This document shows, piece by piece, positions 1-9,052 of a stretch of DNA of 64,000 nucleotides. The notes under the pieces are model-generated. The model was not told the DNA's origin. It made no database searches and saw only the letters and a list, made by a program, of their open reading frames with translations. The stretch is from Candidatus Daviesbacteria bacterium (GTDB lineage Bacteria; Patescibacteriota; Microgenomatia; Daviesbacterales; UBA10151). The stretch lies in the NCBI GenBank assembly GCA_028715175.1, contig JAQUSJ010000002.1:22285-86284 (forward strand). The letters are read 5' to 3'. Position 1 is the stretch's first letter. Each line of letters opens with the position of its first letter. Position numbers and translations under genes: made by a program.

Positions 1-2318
1 CTTTCTCCTTCATCTGAGCTTGCAACCCGGTAAGCTTTATTGTCACAATTTTTTGCAAATCCTCCGGAGAAAGCGGCTTAAATAAAACAACTTTATCAAA
101 ACGATTGATGAGCTCCGGCTTAAAAATTGTCAGCAATTCATTGTTAACTTGCTTATCGATTTCTTCCAAACTTTTTCCCAATTTCAAACCTTCTGCAATA
201 ATTAAACTACCGGCATTTGAGGTGGCAATAATAATGGTATTGGTAAAATCCACCGTCAGTCCGTTTGCATCAGTTAGCCTGCCATCCTCCAAAACTTGTA
301 AGAATAAAGTTAAAATTTTAGGATCTGCTTTTTCAAATTCATCCAAAAGCAACAAAGAATAGGGTCTTTGCCTTATAGCTTCTGTCAACTGCCCTTCCTC
401 TCCCGATCCGCCGATTAACCTGTTTACCGACTGCTGAGTTTGGTACTCCGACATATCAAACCGTACATATGCCCCCTCTGTTTTAAAATATATCCGGGCC
501 AAAGTTTTAGCCAATTCAGTTTTACCAACCCCGGTAGGGCCGACAAAAAGGAATGACCCGATTGGCCTGGCTTCTTCCCTAAGACCGGTAACAGACCGCC
601 TCAAAGTATCGGCTACAGCTTTAACTGCCGGCTCCTGGTCTATCATTCTTTCGTGAATTTCCTCTTCTAAATTCAACAACTTAGTCTTATCGGCATTGCC
701 AACTTCTGTCAAAGGCACTTTTACCCTTGAAGAAATAACCCTTCTGATAACTTCTTTTGTCACCCATTTATTAATAGATTGGGTCAGCGCCTCCTTTAAA
801 ACAGCAATAGCAGAATCAGGTAAAACCCGGTCATGAATTAATTTTTGGGAAAGCGCCACTGCAGTCTTAATGGCTATAAAAGTAACTTTCACTTTGTCTT
901 TTCTTTCAGCCTCTATAGCGCGGTATTCCAGAATGGCTAAAGTGTCTTGATCAGTGGCAGGAGAAAGTTCAATTTTTCTAAAAATCCTGGCAAAAGAACC
1001 ATTTTTTTCTAAAATCCGGCTGTAATTTCCCGCCTCTGTTGTACCGATAAACTGGAAAGTATCCGATTCCAAATATGGCTGCATCAGGGAATACAAATTT
1101 AAGACCCCGCCTGCCTCACCCATGCCCAATTCATGAATTTCTTCTATAGCAATAATGACATTTCCTGCAAATCCTACCTCTTCAAAAATCACTTTCACCC
1201 GGTCTGCCAAATCACCTTGCGACTTAATCCCTGATAAAAGTTTTGGGAGATCCAGCAAAACTATCCTTTTTGTGGCCAAAGCGCTTGGCGCATCTCCTAT
1301 GGCTATCTGTTTAGCTAAATGCCGAAGCGTTGTTGTTTTGCCGGAACCGGGAGCACCAACTAAGATAACATTCATGCCGCCGGTTTGTTGAGATAAAATA
1401 TTAACTATATCTTTCAGCGCGCCATTCTCCCGAATTAAATCAGGGAAAAATTTTGAAGCTGCCTGCTTTGTTAAATCCTCACCTACCAAATCCAAATTAG
1501 GCGTCGGCGCTCCTAACCATCCTCTGTTTATGCCTTTCAGATGATGAACAGTGAAATCTTCGTCCCAAATATATACCCGTCTCCAAATATTCTTTTTCTT
1601 TTCCAAATAGACCAGTGCCTTTATAAAATCATCGATCGTTAACTCTAACCTAGCTAAACTGGCATCGATATTGGGAATTTCCCCGAGGGTGGCTACAAAA
1701 AAATGGCGGGGGCCTAAATACAAACTTTCACTTTCTCTTCCGAGCTCATATGCTTTCTTTATTACCGTATTTATATCGGTTATTTCAAAAGAAGGCAGAC
1801 TATTAAATTGAATCTCCAGGTTCGACAGCAAATCTATAACTTCCCGGTCTGTAAGAAGCTTTTTAAAATTTAAGTCTTTCTTTTTTATTTTGGAAGCTTG
1901 CCAGAGATCTTCTTCCTGAACTTGCCAAATTTTCTTATGGGGGTGGGAAACTATATTTATCACAAAAAGCCCCAACCCGCTCAAAAATAAACATCTGCTT
2001 AAAATCTGCGGGGTATCAAAAACAGCCAACACAGGCAGGATCAACCAGTATCCGCCAATTGCAAGTAAAGCCATTGTGGCAATTAAAAAGGCAAACAGTC
2101 CAATCAAAATCCGCCCCACCCGAAAGATAAAACTCAAAATTCTACCAACAACTGATGTATCATGAAAAAGCGGGGTGAAGAGCAGTTTCCACATCAGCCC
2201 CACTGCTAAATCTTCTTCCAGAAGAAGTATTAAATTTTTCCATGTTCTAATAAAAAAAGCTATGCTTTCCGGATACCAGAATTTAAATATTTGGATTGGC
2301 GCTGATAAGTATTTCATA
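1..2318 (-). CDS. Clp-family AAA+ ATPase (ClpA/ClpC-like, two AAA+ modules) with an N-terminal transmembrane segment in place of a Clp_N domain. Partial: the C-terminus lies beyond the window start.
   Basis: Reverse-strand translation gives Walker A GAPGSGKTT and GPTGVGKTELAKT, plus the pre-AAA1 linker 'IVNILSQQTGGMNVILVGAP' that is typical of ClpA/B/C. Start is the ATG (cat) at 2316-2318. Not in the ORF track because no stop codon falls inside the window. Confidence 0.8.
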
Positions 2319-2320
2319 AT

Positions 2321-2390
2321 AGTCGTCAGCTTTCAGTCATCAGTCGTCAGACTTTTGTTTTAATCTGATAGCTGAAGACTAATAGCTATC
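2321..2390. repeat. heptamer-array hairpin element (TCAG family), copy 1
   Basis: 'agtcgtcagctttcagtcatcagtcgtcagact' - AT loop - 'ctgatagctgaagact...'. Confidence 0.8.
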
Positions 2391-2739
2391 TTACTCTTAC
2401 TAAATTCCCCTCCGTATCCAATTCAACAAAATGTTGAGCTTTACCCTCGATGTATGCGGGACACTGATTCTCCGGCAGATCGTCGATTGATAGTCTGGGG
2501 CTGTGAACAATGTCTACAATCCAACCGGGCATTAAAGCATTTGAAAGGCAAGGACCGGTTGAAAAATCTTCGCTCGATGCCCTTCTTTGACGATACAAAA
2601 AATTTGCTTGATTCACAGCGGTATCAATTTCGCTTTTAGGAGTCATTTTCTGTTCAAAACCGTTAAAGAAATAGATAGTCGCGAAACCTGTCAAAACTAT
2701 AACAATTAATACAGTAGCAAATAGAGTTAGCTTGGGCAT
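2386..2739 (-). CDS. hypothetical membrane-anchored protein (117 aa)
   Basis: ORF with an N-terminal TM helix, between dprA and the clp-like gene in the same orientation. Confidence 0.4.
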   Translation of the reverse strand: MPKLTLFATVLIVIVLTGFATIYFFNGFEQKMTPKSEIDTAVNQANFLYRQRRASSEDFSTGPCLSNALMPGWIVDIVHSPRLSIDDLPENQCPAYIEGKAQHFVELDTEGNLVRVR

Positions 2740-2741
2740 AG

Positions 2742-3848
2742 TTACTTCTTGCAGTATATCCCAGCACCCATGCTTTGAACAAGTCCCGAGATTTCCATTC
2801 TTAAAAGAAGTGCTGAAATTTTTGGCGAATCAAAATTTACTAATCTTCCAATTTCATCAATGTGCATTTCTTCGTTCTCCAAACATTCCAGAATTTTTTT
2901 CTCTTCTTCGGAAAGATTCTCGTTTTGCGCTCCCGCCCCGAGCGAAGCCGAGGAGTTGAACTTTGCACTTTGAACTTGATTAATCCCTAACTGTTCCAAA
3001 ACTTCATCTACGCTAAATACAGCCATAGCGCCATTTTTTATAAGCCCGATCGGGCCTTTGGATAGATTTGAGGTAACCGGACCAGGCACGGCGAAAACTT
3101 CCCGACCCTGCTCCAAAGCAGATCTCGCTGTAATAAGCGACCCTGAGTCTTCCGCTGCTTCAATCACCAAAACCCCCAGGGATAAACCGGAAATAATCCT
3201 GTTCCTGGCAGGAAAATTCCCCGGTAAAGACGGACTATCCGGAGGGAATTCCGAGATAACTGCCCCAAAGCCTCCGGCGATTTTCGCAGCCAGTCCTCTG
3301 TTTTCCGAAGGGAAGATATTATTTAACCCGCCTCCCAAAACCGCAATTGTCTGTCCGCCCTCAGAAATAGTAGTCAAATGCGCCTGGCTATCTACTCCCC
3401 GGGCCAACCCTGAGACAATGGTGAACCCTGCTTGAACCAACCCTCTGGTAAATTGTTCAGTCACTACCTTACCATAACCTGTTATTTTCCTAGTCCCTAC
3501 AACTCCAATAGCTTTTTCATCCAAATCCAGGTTTCCTTTATAATAAAGGACTATCGGCGGATCATAAATTTCCGCAAGTAGTTTGGGATAATTCTCATCA
3601 AAGACAGTAACCCATTTTATTCCACTTTCAGCTATTTTCTTTGCATAAGTTTCAGGCTCTAAATTCTTGCGGGTTTCTATCAAAAGGTTAACAGTATTTT
3701 TGTAGATGCCAAGTTTTAATAGCTCTTCTCCGTTTACCTCCCAGGCCAGTTTTGGATCTTTGAAATACTGCAAGATAGCCTTCAGTCTAATTGGCCCCAA
3801 ACCGTCTATGGAATGAAGAGCTAGTAAGTATGGATCATTTTGAACCAT
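2742..3848 (-). CDS. dprA: DNA processing protein DprA (Smf)
   Basis: Rossmann-like DprA core motifs 'GLARGVDSQAH', 'AVLGGGL', 'ISEFPP'. Confidence 0.85.
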   Translation of the reverse strand: MVQNDPYLLALHSIDGLGPIRLKAILQYFKDPKLAWEVNGEELLKLGIYKNTVNLLIETRKNLEPETYAKKIAESGIKWVTVFDENYPKLLAEIYDPPIVLYYKGNLDLDEKAIGVVGTRKITGYGKVVTEQFTRGLVQAGFTIVSGLARGVDSQAHLTTISEGGQTIAVLGGGLNNIFPSENRGLAAKIAGGFGAVISEFPPDSPSLPGNFPARNRIISGLSLGVLVIEAAEDSGSLITARSALEQGREVFAVPGPVTSNLSKGPIGLIKNGAMAVFSVDEVLEQLGINQVQSAKFNSSASLGAGAQNENLSEEEKKILECLENEEMHIDEIGRLVNFDSPKISALLLRMEISGLVQSMGAGIYCKK

Positions 3849-3850
3849 TT

Positions 3851-5710
3851 TTATTCCCCCAAAACCCTACCAGATTCTGTAGCAGAACCATAAACATCCT
3901 GGATTAGTTTATTTTTATCGGGGGAAAAATACCAGCGGTAAACCTCTTTGACTATTGGTGCGGCAACGCTCGATCCTTCCCCTCCGCCTTCCACCAAAAC
4001 AGTTAAAGCTATTTTGGGATCATCGACAGGGGCAAAAGAGGTATACCAGGCATGAGTTTTACCTTTTGGGTCGCCATATTCCGCTGTGCCGGTTTTACCT
4101 GCCGTCGGAATTGGGAAGCTAAAGAATGGCCAGGCTGTCCCGCCTGCTTGCGGGACCAGTTTCATTCCTTCTTTAACCTTCGCTACGTGTTCTTTTGATA
4201 ATAAATTGGAGGCTATAATTTTAGGCGAATCATTCAAGAGAAGCTCTGGTTTATAAAGTATACCCTCACCTGCAATATAGGAGGTAATCCCCAAAATTTG
4301 AAGCGGTGTAGCCAAAACAAACCCCTGGCCAATCGCCATATGCAAAGTATCTCCCGGATACCAGGGTTGCCTGAAATTATTTTGTTTCCATTCATTCGTA
4401 GGAATGAGCCCTGTCTCCTCGCCAGGTAAATCTATCCCCAGTTTTCCGCCCAGATTCAACTTCCCGGCCCAATCTACCAGGCTCCCCTCACCAACGATTT
4501 GCGCAATTTTATAAAAGTAAGTATCGTTTGACCGCTCAATAGCTTTTGTTAGATTTAAGAAACCTTCAGTCTTACCATATTGGTTAAAATACCAATTGGA
4601 AAATCGATACGACCCCAAATACATCACGCCGGTATCTTCAAAAACTGTATCCGGGCTGATTTTGCCGGAGGCAAGGGCAGCAAGAGCGGGAATAATCTTA
4701 AAAGTTGACCCGGGAGGATAAGTACCGCCTATAACCCTGTTTAGGATCGGAGAATCTGAGCGGGAAAGAATTTCACTGATAATCCCATCATTGTCGTTTT
4801 GCGAAAACACATTCGGATCAAAAGAAGGCAAAGATACCAACGCTAAGATCTTACCGCTTGTCGGATCTTCTGCTACTGCAGCGGCACAACAACTGCCGGA
4901 TTTAGATAGCGCTTCTTTCATTAACTCGAAAAGCTTTTCCTGCAAAGATGCATCAATCGAGAGGTAGATATTTTGTCCTGGAATCGGAGCCTGATGCCTT
5001 AAAGTCCGCAGTTTCCGACCTGTTGAATCAACTTCAATAATTTCTCCTCCGTCTGTTCCACGCAGTATTTTTTCATACTGCGCCTCTATCCCGATTTGAC
5101 CGATAACATCTCCCGGATGGTAATCCTTAAATTCTTGACTTTTAAGTTGATTTTCCGTAATCTCTCCCAAAAACCCCACAACATGTGCAAATTCGGCCCC
5201 TAGCGAGTAGGTTCTGACATTGTCAACTTCCAAATTAAGCACTCTGGGATCATTTTTCACTTCCCACTCCAATGCCTCTTCTCTTGTCACATACTTAGTT
5301 TTAAATTTATCTTCGGAGCTAAAATTCAACCGGAAAGCCGGGGAATTGGCAGCCAAAATTTTACCATTGCGATCAAAAATGACTCCGCGGGGAGCATGAA
5401 CCACCTTGACCTGGATACGATTACCGTCTGCAAGAGCTCTATTTGATTTACCCTCAACTATTTGGAGATGGAAAAGTCTTAAAAAGATAATAAAGAACAA
5501 CACCAAACACAAACTCAAAAAAAATACGATCCTCCATATTCTTATCTTCGGCAACTCCTGGTTTTCCGGATGAAAATTTGGCAAAAGGAAATCTGTCCAA
5601 CTGCTCTCTTCCCCTTTTTTGAGTCCGCCAGCCGGCGGACCAACTTTAGCGGTGGCTTTTGTTACCTCTTCCAAAAAACCTGGACCTAAATTACGTTTTT
5701 TTTGCGCCAT
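3851..5710 (-). CDS. mrdA: penicillin-binding protein 2 (elongation transpeptidase)
   Basis: N-terminal TM helix; transpeptidase motifs STFK, SND and KTGT; sits next to mreC/mreD. Confidence 0.85.
   Translation of the reverse strand: MAQKKRNLGPGFLEEVTKATAKVGPPAGGLKKGEESSWTDFLLPNFHPENQELPKIRIWRIVFFLSLCLVLFFIIFLRLFHLQIVEGKSNRALADGNRIQVKVVHAPRGVIFDRNGKILAANSPAFRLNFSSEDKFKTKYVTREEALEWEVKNDPRVLNLEVDNVRTYSLGAEFAHVVGFLGEITENQLKSQEFKDYHPGDVIGQIGIEAQYEKILRGTDGGEIIEVDSTGRKLRTLRHQAPIPGQNIYLSIDASLQEKLFELMKEALSKSGSCCAAAVAEDPTSGKILALVSLPSFDPNVFSQNDNDGIISEILSRSDSPILNRVIGGTYPPGSTFKIIPALAALASGKISPDTVFEDTGVMYLGSYRFSNWYFNQYGKTEGFLNLTKAIERSNDTYFYKIAQIVGEGSLVDWAGKLNLGGKLGIDLPGEETGLIPTNEWKQNNFRQPWYPGDTLHMAIGQGFVLATPLQILGITSYIAGEGILYKPELLLNDSPKIIASNLLSKEHVAKVKEGMKLVPQAGGTAWPFFSFPIPTAGKTGTAEYGDPKGKTHAWYTSFAPVDDPKIALTVLVEGGGEGSSVAAPIVKEVYRWYFSPDKNKLIQDVYGSATESGRVLGE
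5623..5640. repeat. palindrome GTCCGCCAGCCGGCGGAC (a variant of the 16-bp TCCGCCAGCTGGCGGA element) in-frame in mrdA
   Basis: Encodes 'GPPAGG' in the PBP2 cytoplasmic tail. Confidence 0.7.
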
Positions 5711-6154
5711 TTACATTTTTAACTTGATTTCTTTTTGAATAACGAATCTTTCTTCCCAAAGCCTTACTAAAAAAAGAATTGGCAAAGATAAGATGCAAGC
5801 AAGGATTACTTTTGAAAACTCAAAAGAACTGTGATCTAATATCGAATTAGCGAACTGACTGATAGTTATAAGGAAAAAGGTAAGCGGTACGATAAGCAAT
5901 GGGTTGCCGGCCAGCCGGAGCTTCGATAAGATTTCTGTTACCTCAACCAAACTTAAGTATATTAAACTCTGAAAACCAATACTCGCCAGATTTAAATGCG
6001 AAGTAAAGATGCCAAAGAAAAAAGCAAGATAAAGATTTGCTGAGTCGGATTTTATATATGACCTGCATATTAATATAAGCAGCACTAGATCTATTGGAAG
6101 GATAGTTGTCTGCATAAATGATGCAATAATTAAAATAATGATTAAAGTTTTCAT
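5711..6154 (-). CDS. mreD: rod shape-determining protein MreD-like polytopic membrane protein
   Basis: 147-aa multi-TM ORF between mreC and mrdA; assigned by position and hydrophobicity. Confidence 0.5.
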   Translation of the reverse strand: MKTLIIILIIASFMQTTILPIDLVLLILICRSYIKSDSANLYLAFFFGIFTSHLNLASIGFQSLIYLSLVEVTEILSKLRLAGNPLLIVPLTFFLITISQFANSILDHSSFEFSKVILACILSLPILFLVRLWEERFVIQKEIKLKM

Positions 6155-6160
6155 AACGAA

Positions 6161-6222
6161 TAGTCGTCAGCTGTCAGCTTTCAGTCGTCAGACTTTTTAT
6201 TTTCTAATCTGATAGCTACTCT
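6161..6222. repeat. heptamer-array hairpin element, copy 2 (between mreC and mreD)
   Basis: 'tagtcgtcagctgtcagctttcagtcgtcagac' - loop - 'tctgatagctact'. Confidence 0.8.
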
Positions 6223-7004
6223 TGAATCACAAACACAAGTTCCAAATCCCTAATATCAAAAATCGGAGAAACTTTTGCCTGCTTAAAAACTTCATTTTCC
6301 CGCTCCAGCACTTCTGTGACTTTCCCTAAAATCAGTCCCCTGGGTAAAAAACCCTCCAATCCTTCCGAATAAACCAAATTCCCCTGAGCGATTTTTTCCT
6401 CATGCAGAATTTTATCCATTAGAATTGCTGTGCCGAATTGCCCAACCAATACCCCTTTTGCCTGACCATCTTTGTTTTGTGAAAATGCAGCCACTTTTGA
6501 ATCGGGATCTGTCAGAAGCTCCACATTTGAGGCCGAAGGCGAAACCAAAACTATCTTGCCTATGAAGCTGTCTTCAAAAACTACCGGCTGACCCACTTTC
6601 ACTCCGGATGAGGAACCCTTATCAATTTTTAAGTATCTGGAAAGCCCGATCAATCTTGCCGGCAATAAATTATAAGTACCTGGATCAAGGTATTTTTCTT
6701 GAGAAAGCTGGGCAGTAATTTCTGCAATATTTTTGCGCAAGTTAGCATTCTCCGAGAGTAGCTGCCCCACCTGTTCTTTTAAAGCTTTGTTTTCCTGACC
6801 CGCTTTGCGGGCCAAGAAAAGAAAATAAAATTGTTTGCCTATGTTCCTATTTGTATTATAAATCCCAAAAGAGATGGGGTTGGTAATATAAAACGCCAAC
6901 TGCTTTGGTAAGTTTAACAGATTGATTTTGTCTAAGATAAAAATTGTTAGACTTAAAAATAGCAGTATTAATAAAATTTTCAAGTCAGGGATAACCTTAC
7001 TCAC
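6216..7004 (-). CDS. mreC: rod shape-determining protein MreC
   Basis: N-terminal TM helix, coiled coil, and the MreC beta-domain ('VVFEDSFIGKIV', 'LLTDPDS'). Confidence 0.8.
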   Translation of the reverse strand: MSKVIPDLKILLILLFLSLTIFILDKINLLNLPKQLAFYITNPISFGIYNTNRNIGKQFYFLFLARKAGQENKALKEQVGQLLSENANLRKNIAEITAQLSQEKYLDPGTYNLLPARLIGLSRYLKIDKGSSSGVKVGQPVVFEDSFIGKIVLVSPSASNVELLTDPDSKVAAFSQNKDGQAKGVLVGQFGTAILMDKILHEEKIAQGNLVYSEGLEGFLPRGLILGKVTEVLERENEVFKQAKVSPIFDIRDLELVFVIQE

Positions 7005-7066
7005 TTTGGATCAATATACCACAGCTTGCCAGCGCCTACAAACCTCTATATAATTATCCTAAAGTT

Positions 7067-7840
7067 ATGACAGACCAAACCTTTCTAGATAAACTTAAGA
7101 CTGGATGGAATGAGGGAAAATTTGTCTGCGTGGGTTTGGACAATGCAGATTTGCAGTTTAACAAAACTATTGTTGATCAGACTTTTGATCTGGTAGTTGC
7201 TTATAAACCGAATATTGCCTTTTATGAAGCTGCAGGGGCTAACGGCTTGCAGGCCTTAAAAGAAACAATTGATTATATAAAAGAAAAATCCCCTGATGTT
7301 CCGGTTATCCTGGATGCAAAACGGGGAGATATTGGCAACACTAATGAGGCATATACAAAAGCTATCTTTGATAACCTGCAAGCTGATGCAGTAACAGTTC
7401 ATCCATATTTGGGTAAAGAGTCTCTTGAACCGTTTTTAAAAAGAGTTGATAAAGGAATTTTTGTACTGCTCCGAACTTCTAATCCGGGTGCAGGTGAATT
7501 CCAGGACCTAGAAGTAGAATCCACCAAAGAGCCACTCTATCAAGTTGTAGCAGAACATGTGGCCAAAGATTGGAATACCAATGGAAATTGTGGTCTAGTA
7601 GTTGGAGCCACGTATCCTGAGGAATTAAAAAAGGTCAGGGAAATTGTAGGCGATATGCCAATTTTAGTTCCCGGCATTGGAGCGCAAGGCGGGGATTTAA
7701 AAGCTGTTTTGGAAAACGGTCTGGATTCCAACAATCAAGGACTAATCATAAGTTTATCCCGCAGCATCATTTTTGCCCCAGACCCAAGAGAAGCTACTTT
7801 AAAAATTCATCAAGAAATAGTAGACTTTCTAAAACCATGA
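7067..7840 (+). CDS. pyrF: orotidine 5'-phosphate decarboxylase
   Basis: 'DAKRGDIGNT' active-site region of the type-2 OMP decarboxylase. Confidence 0.85.
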   Translation: MTDQTFLDKLKTGWNEGKFVCVGLDNADLQFNKTIVDQTFDLVVAYKPNIAFYEAAGANGLQALKETIDYIKEKSPDVPVILDAKRGDIGNTNEAYTKAIFDNLQADAVTVHPYLGKESLEPFLKRVDKGIFVLLRTSNPGAGEFQDLEVESTKEPLYQVVAEHVAKDWNTNGNCGLVVGATYPEELKKVREIVGDMPILVPGIGAQGGDLKAVLENGLDSNNQGLIISLSRSIIFAPDPREATLKIHQEIVDFLKP

Positions 7841-8484
7841 ACCAAACTAGCCAAACTGTTGCTAAAATTCTACTGGAACTTAATGCAGTAACTTTAAATT
7901 CCAAAAAACCATTCCGTTATGTTTCCGGTATATTATCGCCGGTTTACACTGATTGTCGGGTACTGATGGCTTACCCGGATAAACGGCGTTTAATTCGAGA
8001 TCTTTATATTGAAACTATTAAAAAATCCAGTGTATCTTTCGATGTTGTGGCTGGAACAGCTACAGCAGGCATTCCCCATGCTGCTTGGATTGCAGATAGG
8101 TTAAGTTTACCCATGGTCTATGTCCGGGGCAAAGCCAAAGATCATGGCAAAGAAAACATGGTAGAAGGAATAATCAAAAAGGGGCAAAAAGCAATTGTAA
8201 TCGAAGATTTAATCTCTACCGGGGAAAGCGCCATTAATAGTGTTAATGCAGTCAGAGCAGCGGGCGGAAAAACATCATATGTCTTTGCTATTATCACTTA
8301 TGGTCTTAAAAAAGCTGAACAAAATTTTAGTCAAAACGGACTTAAATTAATCACTCTAACTACTTTTGAGGAGGTTGTGGAACAAGCCCAGAAGATGAAC
8401 TATATAAGCAAAGAGGAGGTACAGCTGATTCTAGATTGGACCAAAGACCCTATCTCTTGGGGCAAACAAATGGGTTTTGAATAA
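7837..8484 (+). CDS. pyrE: orotate phosphoribosyltransferase
   Basis: PRTase fold with the PRPP motif 'AIVIEDLISTGESA'; start overlaps the pyrF stop by 4 nt. Confidence 0.85.
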   Translation: MNQTSQTVAKILLELNAVTLNSKKPFRYVSGILSPVYTDCRVLMAYPDKRRLIRDLYIETIKKSSVSFDVVAGTATAGIPHAAWIADRLSLPMVYVRGKAKDHGKENMVEGIIKKGQKAIVIEDLISTGESAINSVNAVRAAGGKTSYVFAIITYGLKKAEQNFSQNGLKLITLTTFEEVVEQAQKMNYISKEEVQLILDWTKDPISWGKQMGFE

Positions 8485-8904
8485 GACAGCTAATTTATCT
8501 AGATTAGCTACTATATAATCTGGTTTCTGATTTGGATTCTCAGGCAGTTCATTTACAAATTTACCTTGTCTCACCCAAATGGTAACTGCTCCTAATTTTT
8601 TGCCGATTTCCAATTCTGACCTGACTCTGTCCCCAATCACCAAAACCTCTTGAGGATTTTTGATGAATTTTTGGAAAGTTTGAAGATCTTTTTCTTTATC
8701 GCTAAAAACAATTTCCTGAAAATACTTTGCCACACCCAGTCGCTTAACTTCCTGTTTCATATCCTGCCCGCCTTTACCAATTAAAATCATGGGGATATGT
8801 TTGCTTCTTAGAAATTTTAAAAGTTCCACGGCTCCAGGAAGTAAAACTTTTCTGTCAGGATCATACAAGGTCCTTTTCCAGTCAAAAATAATCATGTCAA
8901 ACAT
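8431..8904 (-). CDS. HAD-superfamily hydrolase (phosphatase)
   Basis: 'MIIFDWKRTL' HAD motif I and 'VIGDRV' motif IV; convergent 54-bp overlap with pyrE. Confidence 0.6.
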   Translation of the reverse strand: MFDMIIFDWKRTLYDPDRKVLLPGAVELLKFLRSKHIPMILIGKGGQDMKQEVKRLGVAKYFQEIVFSDKEKDLQTFQKFIKNPQEVLVIGDRVRSELEIGKKLGAVTIWVRQGKFVNELPENPNQKPDYIVANLDKLAVLFKTHLFAPRDRVFGPI

Positions 8905-9052
8905 AACTTAATATCCACTTTCCTATCTCCTGTTCACATTAATATCACGAATATCACAGCCATAACATTAATGTCAACGGAGAATCTATGAGGTAGTTGC
9001 AAGTGGAATAGCAATAATCTTTACCAACAGAAGTGTAAAATTAAGCTAATTT

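Noticed and set aside
105-1391. + strand ORFs 105-362 and 1155-1391 (also 2175-2363 and 2454-2639)
   Set aside because: They lie antisense to, or within, the long reverse-strand Clp ATPase and hypothetical reading frames. Their sequences are low-complexity and there is no independent support.
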